A stretch of DNA of 64,000 nt, from positions 8,558,001-8,622,000 of the forward strand of contig NC_086101.1 in NCBI RefSeq assembly GCF_963921235.1, in the 5' to 3' direction. This document shows, in pieces, positions 34,951 through 47,949 of the stretch. A model generated the notes under the pieces. It was not told the origin of the DNA. It did no database searches and was given only the letters and a program-made list of their open reading frames with translations. This stretch comes from Mobula hypostoma (lineage: Eukaryota). Position numbers and translations under genes: made by a program. Numbering within the stretch: the first letter of the stretch is position 1; every line of letters starts with the position of its first letter.

Positions 34951-37160
34951 GGCTCCCTTTTTCTCTCACTGTAGGAATACTCAGTAAAACGGGCCTGGGC
35001 AAAGGCCAAGCAATTAAACCTTAGCACTCACCAAGTGCCTAAGCAAACACTAGGACTGGTAAGATAGTTTGCCGTGGGCCAAGGTGGGATTAATACAAGT
35101 GGGTGCCAGTGGGTCAGGGTGGAGGATGTGGGCCGAATGGCCTGTTTCCATGTTATATGACTCTATGATCGAACCACAGTCACCTTAAAAGTACGTCCTC
35201 TCATGTTAGCCATTGCAGCCCTGGGAAAAAGGAGCTTTACACTGTCCTCTCTGTCTCTGCCTCCTACCATCTTATACACTCTGTTCATACTCCTTCGCTC
35301 CAAAGAGAAAAGGCCCCTCGTGATGCAGATTGACACATGCAACCATGGTGCTAAGGTCCTCCTGTAATATATTACTACCGGTCGAATCAGGCCATTCAGT
35401 CCGTTGAATCTACACCTCCCATGCTGTGATGGCTGTTTCTCTTCTAGACTGTGTTCTCCTACCTCCTCCCTGTAACCCTAAGTCCCCTCATTGGTCAAGA
35501 ACCATCAATTTCTGCCTTCTTCATGCCCCGTGTAACACGGCGCAATTCAACAACTGCTGCTGCTGCTGGGAATTTCAAATTGCATAGGTCTTCCTACAAA
35601 GGCAAGAATTTGGACATGTTTCCACTGTTGTGGAAATAATCCTTCCCTCCCACTTAGCGCTCCATTTTCCTATCATCCACGTGCCGATCGAAGTGTCTCT
35701 TAGATCTCCCTAAGTATCTGCCTCTTCCACTTCCCCTGTCAGCTGTTCCACGCACCCACCACTCTCTGAGTGGAAAAAAACTACCTCTGACATCCCCCCC
35801 TGTACTTTCCTCCCTTCGACTTAAAAGTACATCCTTTCGCGTTAATCATCGTCACCCCGGGTGCCACGGCAGTGCAGCGGGAAGCACGATGCTGCTACAG
35901 CTTAGTTCAGAGTTCAGTCCCGGCGTCCTCTGTTAAGTGCCCTCACCAAAAAAATATACAAAGGCCGTCAAGTGCCAAAACCATTGAGCAAAGAGTGCAC
36001 TCAGCGTTTAACTAATGCTGGGTGGTGCCCCCATGTGTTGGCTCTGAGGCCTGGTCCTGGGCTCACTTCCTGACCCACCCCCTGTCTGTGCTGGCTGTGC
36101 AGCAGGTAGTTCCTGCATGGGGATAGTGCTCCTTGCTCTGGGCCAACTCCTCCCTCTAGCTCTGCAAATTTCCAACTTCTATCTCTTCAGTAACCCTTTC
36201 CCTGATTCTTTGCTCTGCCCAATAACTATAACAAAATCTCAAGAATCCCATCATAAATCCCTTTCCCTCTCTCTTTCCTCTTCTTCCCTCTCTCTCTATC
36301 TCTCTCTTTCATTCTCCTCTCTTTCACTCCCTTTCTCTTGCCAGCTCTTTCCTTTTATCTTGCTCTTATCTCTCTCTGATGAACTTGATGAAGCCTCTCA
36401 GCCGGAAACTTTGACTGTTTATTCCTCTACAGATGCTGCCTGACCTGTCGAGTTCTTCTAGCACGCTACGTACTGTAAATTTATCTAGCTCCCTGAAGCT
36501 CCCCAGCCACAATCAAATACCGTAGGTGATAACATTTGTAGTTCACTTCCACAACATCATGGAATCACTCACGCAAACACAGAACCTCAGCGATGACCGA
36601 AAGCTCTCTGGGTTTGAGTGTGCTTCCACCTCAAGAGTCTCACCTCCTGAATCAGGGCCAGATTAAACATGGAGCGACGCAGGGGACAGCAATGCTGCCG
36701 GAGGGCTAGAAGGGGAACGTAGGAAGGACCCTGCTGACTTCCCCCGTCCCGGTTGGGGTGGGTGGAATGTTATGGGCAGAAGGTACCCTGGAATAACCCA
36801 GGAAGTAATTGACAGGGGCTGTGGGGGAACTGGGCACATGGGATATTGCTGTGTGCAAATCGCTTTGGAGTAAGTCACTGGCTATGAGGGGTGTTGGGTC
36901 GGGGTCAGGGAGGGTGAAAGGTCAGGTGATGACTATGGCTTGAAGGCTTCGGGGTTACAGCCTAAGGACACACGTTCACTCTACAAATCATGTTTTCGGT
37001 ATTATCTATTTATTTATTATTAAATGTGCACGTTTTGCCTTCTTTTGCACATTGGTTGTTTTGTCAGTCTTTGTGCCTGGTTTTTCATCGACTCTTTCGT
37101 GCTTTGTTCTACTGTGAATGCCTGCAAGAACATGAATCTCAAGGTGGTATATGGTGACAT

Positions 37161-37638
37161 CTCTCTCTGGCTATCCATCCCATAGGAGGATGATGGTTCC
37201 TTTCAGTCAGTTAGTGGGGTGTGTTGAGGATACCCCACTCCTCAGAAAGGAACAGCGTGTGCGTGAGTGATTATTAGGTGAGTAGGGGGTTGCACAGGTC
37301 CCAACCCACGCTCTCGAGATCCCCTCCCGGATCCAGTGGCATGGTGGGGTCCAAGACGGCTGGGGGAAGTTCTGTTGCAGTGAATGGCCAGACCAAGCCT
37401 CGATGCAAGGGATGCCCTTTCCGTGCTTCACGGCACGTGTTTGCTAGATGGCCGTTGACCCTACGAGAGGGTTCATCCGCCCTTTGACAGGTCTTGTTTT
37501 TCATCCTGCAGGGTGTCTAGCCACCCTCCTCACCAGGCAAGCCTGCTGCGGGAGCCGGTTTAGTCGCCGACCACCCGACCATGCGACAGGTAGTACTGGG
37601 TTACATGGAACCAGTAGCACTCAGACCAGTGACCTGAC
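37161..37638 (-). mobile_element. 478-bp non-autonomous RTE-tailed element
   Basis: 11-bp TSD TATGGTGACAT at 37150-37160 and 37639-37649; tail ACCATCATCCTC-N9-GGATAGCCA shared with the RTE at 19058. Confidence 0.85.
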
Positions 37639-37656
37639 TATGGTGACATAAGGTAC

Positions 37657-38750
37657 GACCATAAGACTAAGATATAGGAGCAGAGTTGGGCCATTTGGCC
37701 CATCGAGTCTGCTCCGCCATTTCATCATGGCTGATCCAATTTTCCGCTCAGCTCCAATCTCCTGCCTTCTCCCCATACCACTTCATACCCTGACCAATCA
37801 AGAATCTATCAATCTCTGCCTTAAATGTACATAAAGACTTGGCCTCCAAAGCTGCCTGTGGCAAAGAATTCCATAGATTCACCACTCTCTGGCTAAAGAA
37901 ATCCCTCCTCATCTCCATTCTAAAAGGATGCCCCTCTATTCCGAGACTGTGTCCTCTGGGCTTTGACATCCCCACCACATCCACTCCAACAAGGCCTTTC
38001 ACCATCGAAGGGTTTCAATGGGGTCAGCCCTCATTCTTCTGAATTCTGGTGAATAAAGCCCAGAGCCATCAAATGCTCTTCACATGACACGCCGTTCAAT
38101 CCTGGATCCTGACATATACATACTTTGATAATAAATTTTGCTTTGAACTTTGAGCTTCCCCTGTTCTGGGAGAAACCGAGGCTGGACAATAATGCAGTGC
38201 AACACCGATACAGCACACTGCATCCTGTCTACTCTGACATCAGTCTCATGCTTCCCTTCCACATACCCAGTTTTCTTTCACCCATGTGCCTAACCAACAT
38301 TTTCTTAAAAGTCCCTGATCCGTCAGCCTCCACCACCTCTCCAGCAGTGCGTTCCATGCCCCCACCACTCTGTGTAAAAGAACTGCCTCCGATAACCCCC
38401 ATACTTTCCTCCGAACACCATAAAAGTGCATTCTCTCGTATTAGCTATTGCCACCCTGGCTGTGCACTCTCTGTACAGTATCTTATCATCTCGTTTCCCT
38501 TCATCAAGTCATTTTTCATCCTCCTTCACTCCAAAGAGAAAAGCCCTCGCTCACTCATCCTATCCTCATAAGATGTACTCTCCAATCCAGACAGCGTCCT
38601 GGTAAATCTCCTCTGCATCCTCTCCAATGCTTCCACATTCTTCTGATAATAATGCGACCAGAACAGAAGACAATCCTCCAAGCATGGTCTAACCAGGCTT
38701 TTATAGAAGTGCAACCTTACCTCACGGCTTTGAACGTAATCCTCTGACTA
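37657..38750 (-). mobile_element. Two CR1 3' fragments
   Basis: RRDFFSQRVVNLWNSLPQ; YKSLVRPCLEDC..LERMQRRFTRTLSGL. Confidence 0.8.
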
Positions 38751-38806
38751 ATGAAAGTCAACTGCAGTAACAGCCATCCTCACTCTCATAAATGGATTCG
38801 GCCCCT

Positions 38807-38824
38807 CACACAGGCACGCGCACG

Positions 38825-38858
<34 letters not shown>

Positions 38859-38881
38859 TGCACATATACACACACACACAC

Positions 38882-38931
<50 letters not shown>

Positions 38932-38946
38932 CACATATACACACAC

Positions 38947-38982
<36 letters not shown>

Positions 38983-39032
38983 CACACACACAGGCACGCG
39001 CACGCACATATACACACACAGGCACGCGCACG

Positions 39033-39066
<34 letters not shown>

Positions 39067-39412
39067 GGCATGCGCACGCACATATACACACACACACACC
39101 GACAAGCACACACACACGCACACACTCACGCACACACACACACACACACATGCGCGCGCGCGCACACACACACACATGCACACACACGTGCACACACATG
39201 CACACACACATGCACACACACACACGCACACACACACGCACACACACACAAACACACACATGCACACACACACATGCACACACACACGCGCACACACATG
39301 CACACACACACGCGCACGCACACACACATGCACACACACACACACATGCACACACACACATGCACACACACACACACACACACACGCACACACACAGACA
39401 CACACCGACAAG

Positions 39413-39444
<32 letters not shown>

Positions 39445-39838
39445 CACATACACGCGCGTGCACACACATGCATGCACACCCACACACACATGCACGCACA
39501 GAGACACTCACACGCACACATGTACACATGCACGCACACACACACATACACACACAGACACACACATACACACAGACACGCACACACACAGACACACGCA
39601 CACACACACACACACAAACACGCACACACACAGACACACACCGACGAGCACACAACACGCACACACAGGCACATGCACACACGCACACACACACATACAC
39701 GCGCGTGCACACACATGCATGCACACCCACACACACATGCACGCACAGAGACACTCACACGCACACATGTACACATGCACGCACACACACACATACACAC
39801 ACAGACACACACAGACACGCACACACACACACACTCAC
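38807..39838. repeat. ~1-kb compound (CA)n microsatellite
   Basis: CA runs interrupted by TGCA, CGCA and GACA; block about 39440-39590 repeated at about 39685-39830. Confidence 0.98.
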
Positions 39839-40221
39839 TCTAGGTGGGGCAAATTTACAGCTTCCAATTAATGCACCAAAGCCATGTTGTTGGGATGTGG
39901 GAGCGAAGCGGGTGAACGGGAACGGGCTATCTCCCAAAGCTGAGATCGAACCTGCGGCAGCAGCTTTACCAGCTGCTCCGAGCTCCTCCCGCCCATTCAC
40001 TCTGCCTCGCTAAAGCAGACAGCAATAACAATGCCGAATAAAGTGTAACAGCTGCAGAGGAAGTGCAGAGCTGGTAAACAGTAAATTTGAACACTATAAG
40101 GAAATAGGTTGTGAGATCAAGAGTCCAATTTATTCTATTTTAGAGTCTAATAAGAGCGGCTTAGAAGCTGCCCTGGAACCTGGTGGGAGGTGCCTTCTCC
40201 CCTCTCTCTCTCTTGCAGCTT

Positions 40222-40445
40222 CAGCAACACACGCAAAATGCTGGAGGAACTCAGAAGGTTGGGCAACTTCTATGGAAGTGAATAAACAGTTAATGTTTTG
40301 GACTGAGACCCTTCTTCAGGACTAAGAGGAAGGGGGAAGATGTCGACTGTTTATTCATTTCCATAGATGCTGCCTGACCTGCTGAGTTCCTCCAGCATTT
40401 AGTATGCGTTGTTTTGGATTTCCAGCATCTGCAGTCTCTCTCATG
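40222..40445. mobile_element. Fold-back PLE pseudo-LTR derivative
   Basis: CAAAATGCTGGAGGAACTCAG..GAATAAACAG inverted against CTGTTTATTC..CTGAGTTCCTCCAGCATTT; degenerate hammerhead 40287-40323 (-). Confidence 0.8.
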
Positions 40446-40809
40446 ATTTGTAACTTGTGAAAGGGGAGAACACAGAACGTCTGGGGTGGGTGGTGTCTTT
40501 GATTATTCTGCCTGCTTTACCAAGGCAACGAGAAGTGCAGAGAGTTCATGCACTGCGCTGCACTTTCTCAGAAGCTGTTACACTTTATTCTCCATTTTTA
40601 TTGTTTTACCTTGTTCTACCTCAATGCACTGTGTAATGATTTGATCTGTATAAGCTGTCTGCAAGACAAGCTTTTCACTGTTTTTCAGTAAATGTGACCA
40701 TAATGAACCAAAACCAATAACGAAACCAGTTCTTTGCCTTGCTGAAGGAGCGGAATTTGGGCAAGGTTGTGATTTCTCCCTGCTCCATTTCCGCTGCAAG
40801 GCTGAGGGC

Positions 40810-40980
40810 AGGGGAAGTGCAGAGCAGGCCAGGGGCTCTGACAGTGATTCCTGCCAGGAAATCCCCTCATGCGGGGAGCAGCAGATTCATTCTCAGCTAA
40901 ATAACTGACTCCAGCATGCAAACCCAGCATGTGACCCGAACTTAACTCACTGATAAAATTTTGTTACCATGGTGACAAAA
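40810..40980. promoter_or_regulatory. Candidate enhancer (PU.1/ETS, kB, E-box, RFX X-box)
   Basis: AGGGGAAGTG 40810-40819; GGGGATTTCC (-) 40857-40866; CATGTGAC 40928-40935; GTTACCATGGTGAC 40963-40976. Confidence 0.4.
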
Positions 40981-41144
40981 AGTAAACGAGTGTTACTTGC
41001 AAGGTTGGATTCCAGTGGACATTTTTCTTGCTCCTTCTACCCATGGCAGGTGATAGACGAGGATAGACATTGTCAAGCTTCGCCTGTTAGCTCTCTCCTC
41101 CCTCTCAGTCTGAGTCCCTGACCAAGTATCTCAAGCTTCAGCTC

Positions 41145-41960
41145 AAAGATACAAGAGATTCTGCAGGTGCTGAAATCTTACTCAACATTCACAGATACAT
41201 ACAGATGGAGTATCTCTGCCCAAAAATGTCAAATGTTTACTAACTTGGATACTTTCTCTCCCCCTCCCTCTTTTTCCATTCCTCATTCTGGGTCCCATCT
41301 CACTTCTTCCCTTACCAGCACCTCCCTCTGGTGCCCCTCCTCCTTCCCTTTCTTCCATGGTCCACTCTCCTCTCCTTCTTCTTCAACACTTTACCTCCTC
41401 CACCTATCCCCTCCCAGCTTCTCGCTTGATCCCCCTCCCCCATCCGGCTACCTTCCTCCTCTCCTAGCCTTGTCTATCACCTGCCAGCTTGTACTCCTTC
41501 CCCTCCTTCCACCTTCATATTCCGTCTTCTGCCAACTTCCTTTCCCGTCCTGATGCAGAGTCTCAGCCCGAAGTGTTGACTGTTTATCCCCCACCACAGG
41601 CGCCGCCCGACCCGCTGAGTTCCTGCACCATTTTGTGTGTGTTGCTCAAATTAAGTCATGTTTATTGTATCGAGTAGTGAGGTACAGAAAGAAGTATGAA
41701 AAACTTGCATGCGACAGCATCACAGGCACATGGGTACAGTCCAAACATAAATAAGACCATCAACCGAGAAGACCCGACACAGATTGGGGGACCGTTTCGC
41801 CGAGCACATTCACGCTCCCAGTGACCACTCATTTCAATTCAACTTCCCATTCACATTCCAGCATGTCAACCCACGGCCTCATCTACTGCCATGATGAAGA
41901 CTCTCCCTCAGGTTGGAGTAGCAACACCTCATAGTCCGTCTGGGTAGCCTCCAACCTCCA
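41145..41960 (+). mobile_element. Old PLE fragments (pseudo-LTR and GIY-YIG region)
   Basis: TRHRLGDRFAEH..THFNSTSHSHSSMSTHGLIYCHDE..QHLIVRLGSLQP; degenerate hammerhead 41547-41582. Confidence 0.8.
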
Positions 41961-44869
41961 AGTTCCTAGTCCACTGGAAACCCGGCATTGGCCTGTCTCG
42001 GGGTCTGTGTGTGTGTGATTGGGTGGCTGGGAGGGTTTTAGGGTGAGGAAGGGACTTGTTTTGTTATTGTTGTTCTGCTGAACATTTTAGACTCGCGGTG
42101 TTGGAGCCGGAATGTGTGCCGACACTCGCCCCAGCACATCTTTAGGCTGTGTTGGTCGTTAACATAAATGATGCCCGATGTACCTCTGGCACCAGTCAGA
42201 AGGAGACTTCCAGTATTCTATCCTGGGCCCAGCTTATTGGTGCAGTTATCAAGAAGGAGATTTGGCCTGCCACCAAAGACACTCACAAATTTCTGCAGCT
42301 GTGCTATGGAGAGTATTCTAACTGGCTGCATCACCGTCTGGTATGGGAGGCGGTTGTTGCTGCTGCACAGGATTGAAATAAGCTGCTGGACATTGTTAAC
42401 TCAATCAGCTCCTTCAGTACTTGTTTTCTCTTTTTGAACCATTTATTTAATTTAACTTTTTAGTATATGTAGACTTCTTATAGGAATTTACAGTTGTTAT
42501 TACTACGATTTGCAATATTTTGCTGGCACATAACAACAATTTTCATGACATATGGAGTGATATTAAACCTGATTCTGATGAATCAATCAGTGAATCAGAA
42601 TCTGAACTAGATGGCATGATTTCTCCAATTTCAACTACCAGATTTCTATTTCCTCAGCCTTTTGAGGATGTAAAGCTGCTGGTGTGCTTTCCTGTCTGTA
42701 GCATCTAAATGGTTGGACTGGGAAAGACTCTTGGTGATGTTCACTTCTAACAACTTGAAGCTCTCAATCACTGACTCTCTAAGCAGTGTAGGTGCATGGC
42801 CGCACAGTAACTGAAATGCTCCCGTGCACATAGCCTTTGTTGCCATGCAGCTGGAATAAAGACAGAATTAAAAAAGTTTACATATCATGAAAGATTTTCT
42901 TTGTTGTACTGTATTTCATTCTATCCTTCAATTAATAAATAATATCAAGTGATTTTTCAATTTTCTTTCTAAATATTAGCAGTATTCAGATTACATAAAA
43001 GAAACTTAAAGTGCTGTGCAGTTTTCGGGCCACATAAAAAAATCCTGCTCAGAGCAATGGTTGGTCTGCGCAGCTGAGGGAATGTGGTTCAGTGACAGAG
43101 AGGGTTTGGAGGGCTGTAGCCATTTGCAGATAAATGGGACTATACAGAAGACCTGGTCAGCACGGTCTAGATGGGCCAATGGGCCTGCTTCTGTGTTAAG
43201 TGCAAGATCATAGAGGTAGGTTGTGAGATCAAGAGTGCTCTCAACCACTTCATGGTTGATGTGAACAGGAGAGTGTGCACCACCTCCCCTTCCTGAGACC
43301 AGTGACCAGATCTTTTGTTCCACTGACATTAGGGGAAAGGTTGTTTTCATCACACCATACCATGATGCTTTTTATCACCTTGTACTCCAACTCATTGTTA
43401 CTTGAAATCTGGCCCATCACGGTATCACTTGCCAACCTATAGAAGGTATTGGAGCAGGATCAGGTCACAATGAATGATTCCAGGATTGAATGGCTTGTCA
43501 TATAAAGAGCATTTGATGTCCCTGGGCCTGTATTCACTGGAATTCAGAAAAATGAGGGGTGACCTCATTGAAACCTATCGAATGACGAAAGGCCTTGATC
43601 AACTGATCTGTAAATATATTTAAGACAGTAGTTGATAGGCTCTTGATTAGTCAGGGCATGAAGGAATACGGGGAGAAGGCAGGAGATTGGGGCTGAGAGG
43701 AAAAAGGGATCAGCCGTGATGAAATGGTGGAGCAGACGATGTCTTATGGTCTTACAATAGCTTGATGATGAAGATGAGTCTCACACTTTTCCCATCACCT
43801 GGTCTCACTTACCACCCGCCAGCTTGTATTCCTTTCCGCACCCCAATGCCACCTTCTCATTCTGGTTTATTGCCTTTTCCTTTTCAGCCCTGATGAAGGA
43901 TCTCTGACCTAAATGTCAACTGCTTAGCCTCCAGCGTTTTGTGTGTGCTGCTCAAGATTAACAGCATTTCCTAAATCTCTTGTGTATATGATGTACTATG
44001 CAAGTATATTTCCTGTATATAATATTTATTAACAATCATGTATTTGAAATATATAAAAAGAACTGGCCTGTCTGACTGCAAACCCTGGCCTTCCACGCTC
44101 AGCTGGTGTTGGAGTTTTTTTGGAAACTTCCAAATACTCCGATTCTGAGTGCAAAAGCTTTGAGTCACCCTTGTCTCTCCGGATGATGATGAGATAAGCC
44201 ATAAGACTATAAGGCATAGGAGCAGAATTAGGCCATTCAGCCCATTGACTCTGCCCACCATTCCATCTTGTTTGACTTACTATCCCACTCAACCCGAGTC
44301 TCCTGCCTTCTCCCCATAGCCTTTGATGCCCTGACTAATCAAGAACCCATCAACCTCCACTCTAAATATCCCCATTGACATGACCTCCACTGCTATCGTG
44401 GCAATTAATTACACAGATTCACCACCCTCTGGCTAAAGAAATTCCCCCCTTATCTCAGTTCTAAATGAATTTCCCTCTATTCTGCGACTCTGCCCTCGGT
44501 CCTAAACTCACCCACTGTAATAAGCGTCCTCTCCATATCCACTCTCGGCTTTACGGCATTGGATAGTTTTCAATGAAAGCACATCTTTTCACAGATGAAA
44601 GGCCCAAAACTGCTCACAATACTCCATTTGTGGTCTGACCAGAGCCTTATAAAGTCTCAGCCTCACCATCCTTGTTGTTATGTTTGAGCCCCTCATGCTT
44701 CTGATGCTGACTCTGACCCTAGGTGGCATGGATGAGTTGCACTGAAGGGCCTCTTTCTGCACTGTGTAACTCAATGACTATAAATAAACACTCCAACTGT
44801 ATAATTATTCCCTCTGCAACAGGAAGTGGCTCCTTCCTCTTCACCCTGACTGGGCCTTCACTCTCATCA

Positions 44870-46585
44870 GATTAATTTCTTGGACTACAGCATTCAACAC
44901 CAAAATTCCCTCCAGGCTCGACAGGAAGCTCAGAGACCTCGGCCTTCACCCTGCCTTGTGCATCTGGATCCTGGACTTCCTGTCAGATTGCCGGCAGGTG
45001 GTAAGTGTGGGCTCCCTCACCCCCACCCCTCTGACTCTCAACACAGGTGACCCTCAGGGCTGTGTATTAAGTCCCCTCCTTTACTCCCTGTTTACCCATG
45101 ACTGTATCGCCACCCACAGCTCTAATCTGCCAGTTAAATTTGCCGACGACACTACATTGATTGGCCTAATCTCAAACAATAACGAGGTGGCCTGCAGGGA
45201 AGAAGTCATCTCTCTGACACAGTGGTGTGAAGAAAACAACCTCTCCCTCAATGTCGCAAAAACAAAGGAGCTGGTTGTAGATTACAGGAGGAATGGAGAC
45301 GGGCTAACCCCTACTGACATCAATGTATCTGGGGTTGAGAGGGTAAACAACATTAAGTTTACCCTCTATAAATCAGAGCATTGAGTTTCGGAGTTGGGAT
45401 GTAATGCTGAAATTGTACAAGGTATTGGTGAGGCCAAATTTGGAGTATTGTGCACAGATTTGGTCACAGAATTATAGAAAAGATGTCAACAAAATAGAGA
45501 GAGTACAGAGAAGATTTACTAGAATGTTACCTGGGTTTCATCACCTAAGTTACAGAGAAAGGTTGAACAAGTTGGGTCCTTATTCTTTGGAACGTAGAAG
45601 GTTGAGGGGCAACTTGATAGAGGTATTTAAAATTATGAGGGGGATAGATAGAGTTGACGTGGATAGGCTTTTTCCATTGAGAGAGGGGGAGATTCAAACA
45701 AGAGGACATGAGTTGAGAGTTAAAGGGCAAAAGTTTAGGGGTAACACGAGGGGGAACTTCTTTACTCAGAGAGTGGTAGCTGTGTGGAACGAGCTTCCAG
45801 CAGAAGTGGTTGAGGCAGGTTCGATGTTGTTGTTTAAAGTTAAATTGGACAGCTATATGGACAGGAAAGGAATGGAGGGTTATGGGCTGAGTGCAAGTCG
45901 GTGGGACTAGGTGAGAGTAAGAGTTCGGCACGGAAGGGCCGAGATGGCCTGTTTCCGTGCTGTAATTGTTATATGGTTATATGGTTAAGTTCCTCAACAT
46001 CCACATCACCGAGGACCTCATGTGGTCTGTACACACCAGCTTTGTGGTGAAAAAGGCACAACAGCGCCTCTTTCACCTCAGACGGTTGAGGAAGTTTGGT
46101 ATGGGTCCCCAAATCCTAAGAACTTTCTACAGGGGCACAATTGAGAGCATCCTGACTGGCTGCATCACTGCCTGGTATGGGAACTGTACTTCCCTCAATC
46201 GCAGGACTCTGCAGAAAGTGGTGCGGACAGCCCAGCGCATCTGTAGCTGTGAACTTCAGGACATTTACAAATACAGGTGTGAGAAAAGGGCCCGAAGGAT
46301 CACTGGGGACCCGAGTCACCCAACCACAATCTATTCCAGCTGCTACCATCCGGGAAACGGTACCGCAGCGTAAAAGCCAGAACCAACAGGCTCCGGGACA
46401 GCTTCTTCCACCAGGCCATCAGACTGATTAATTCACACTGATCTGAGTGTATTTCTATGTTACACTGACTGTTCTATTTATTATAAATTACTATGATTGC
46501 ACATTACATTTAGACGGAGACGTAATGTAAAGATTTTACTTCTCATATATGTGAAGGATGTAAGAAATAAAGTCAATTCAAATTG
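44870..46585 (+). mobile_element. Rex/Babar LINE (RT to tail), split by a CR1 insert
   Basis: NTGDPQGCVLSPLLYSLFTHDC, KFADDTT; frame rejoins as VNNIK|FLNIHITED. Confidence 0.92.
45360..45984 (+). mobile_element. Young CR1 3' fragment, subfamily A
   Basis: Open 168-aa C-terminal ORF 45404-45910; TSD TTAAGTT at 45353-45359 and 45985-45991. Confidence 0.92.
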
Positions 46586-47949
46586 AAAAGGGGAATAAAA
46601 TAGTGTTCATTGGTTCACGACCCGTTCAGGAATCTGACAGGAGGGGGAAGAACCTGTTCCTAAAATGCTGAGTTTGGCTCTTCAGGCTGCTGTAGCAATG
46701 AGTGATAACAATGAGAAGGGGGCATGTCCTTAATGGTGAGGACATAAGAACGTAAGAAATAGGAACAGGAGTCGGCCATCTGGCCTGTCGAGCCAGCTCT
46801 GCCATTCAATAAGATCATGGCTGATCTGACCATGAATTCATCTCCACCTACCTGCCTTTTCCCCATAACCCTTAATTCTCCTACTGTGCAAAGATCTATC
46901 CAACCCTGTCTTAAATATATCTACTGGGGTAGCCTCCACTTCTTCGTGGGGCAGAGAATTCCACAGATTCACCACTCTCTGGGAAAAGCAGTTCCTCCTC
47001 ATCTCCGTCCCAAATCTACTCCCTGAACCTTGAGGCTATGCCCCCTAGTTCTAGTCTCATCTACCAGTGGAAACAACTTCCCGGCCTCTATCTTCTCTAT
47101 CCCTTTCATAATTTTATATTATGAAGGTCCTTAATTACAGATGGAGGTTCAAGGGGGTTGGGGGCCTGGTTCTGGTAGCTGGCCGAGGTTACAATCTATC
47201 AGTACCATGCAATACATTAAAAATACGATATGTTATAATAAGAATATATAGTGCAGAAAGAGAGCTTGCTTCCCACCAAACTAGTCCATTTTGGCCCATA
47301 ATCCCTTTCTATGCTGTTACCTGTCCAAATGTCTTTTAAGTGTTATTATTGTGTAACTGGTTCACCACTTCCTCTGACAGCTTTCAATAAGGGCGTGTTA
47401 CTCTTGGTAGGCAGGGGATGGAAGCTGAGGGAAAGATGAGTGGGTGAGATCACTCACTGCGATGCAGTGGGCCAGTGCTGGAACAGCAGGACAGGCAGGA
47501 AGGAGAGAGAGGAGTTGGTCGATGGACGGATACACACGGCCGGGGTGGGGGAAAAGTCTGTGGTTTCAGACTAAGTCAGAGTGCATTCCCTCTCTTTTCA
47601 TGTGGTCTTCTGCGCAGAGACAGAACCCGCCTTGGAACTTCCACTTCAGAAGCCAGGCAGTCAGCGCTGGCAATAAGGGCACAGGCCAGAGTGCAAACTT
47701 TCAGATTCACACACCTGCTCAACTCTTAAGGCATAACTTTCTCTGACTTTCCAGGTGGTGGGAACAGAGTGGATGGCAGAGATTTATCAGGGGAAGATCA
47801 AACGGGGATTAATTCGTAGGCTGGGAAGATTAAAATACAACCTGAGAATCCGTTTGAGGGAAGAGATTTCTCCAGGCTAGGGATATTTACAAGTTGGGAT
47901 TTATCTGGGGAATTAGATAATTAAAGATTAATGTAGAGGTTTATATTCG

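Noticed and set aside
37480..37638. HDV-like ribozyme in the 5' end of the RTE-tailed element
   Set aside because: Could not assign P1, P1.1 and P2 pairings by eye; left as a test rather than a call
38748..40013. Long His/Thr- and Cys/Val-rich ORFs (up to 420 aa)
   Set aside because: Translation artefacts of the (CA)n tract
47618..47880. Two acceptor-like sites with short open frames
   Set aside because: Frames close early or lack a convincing donor; no recognisable peptide
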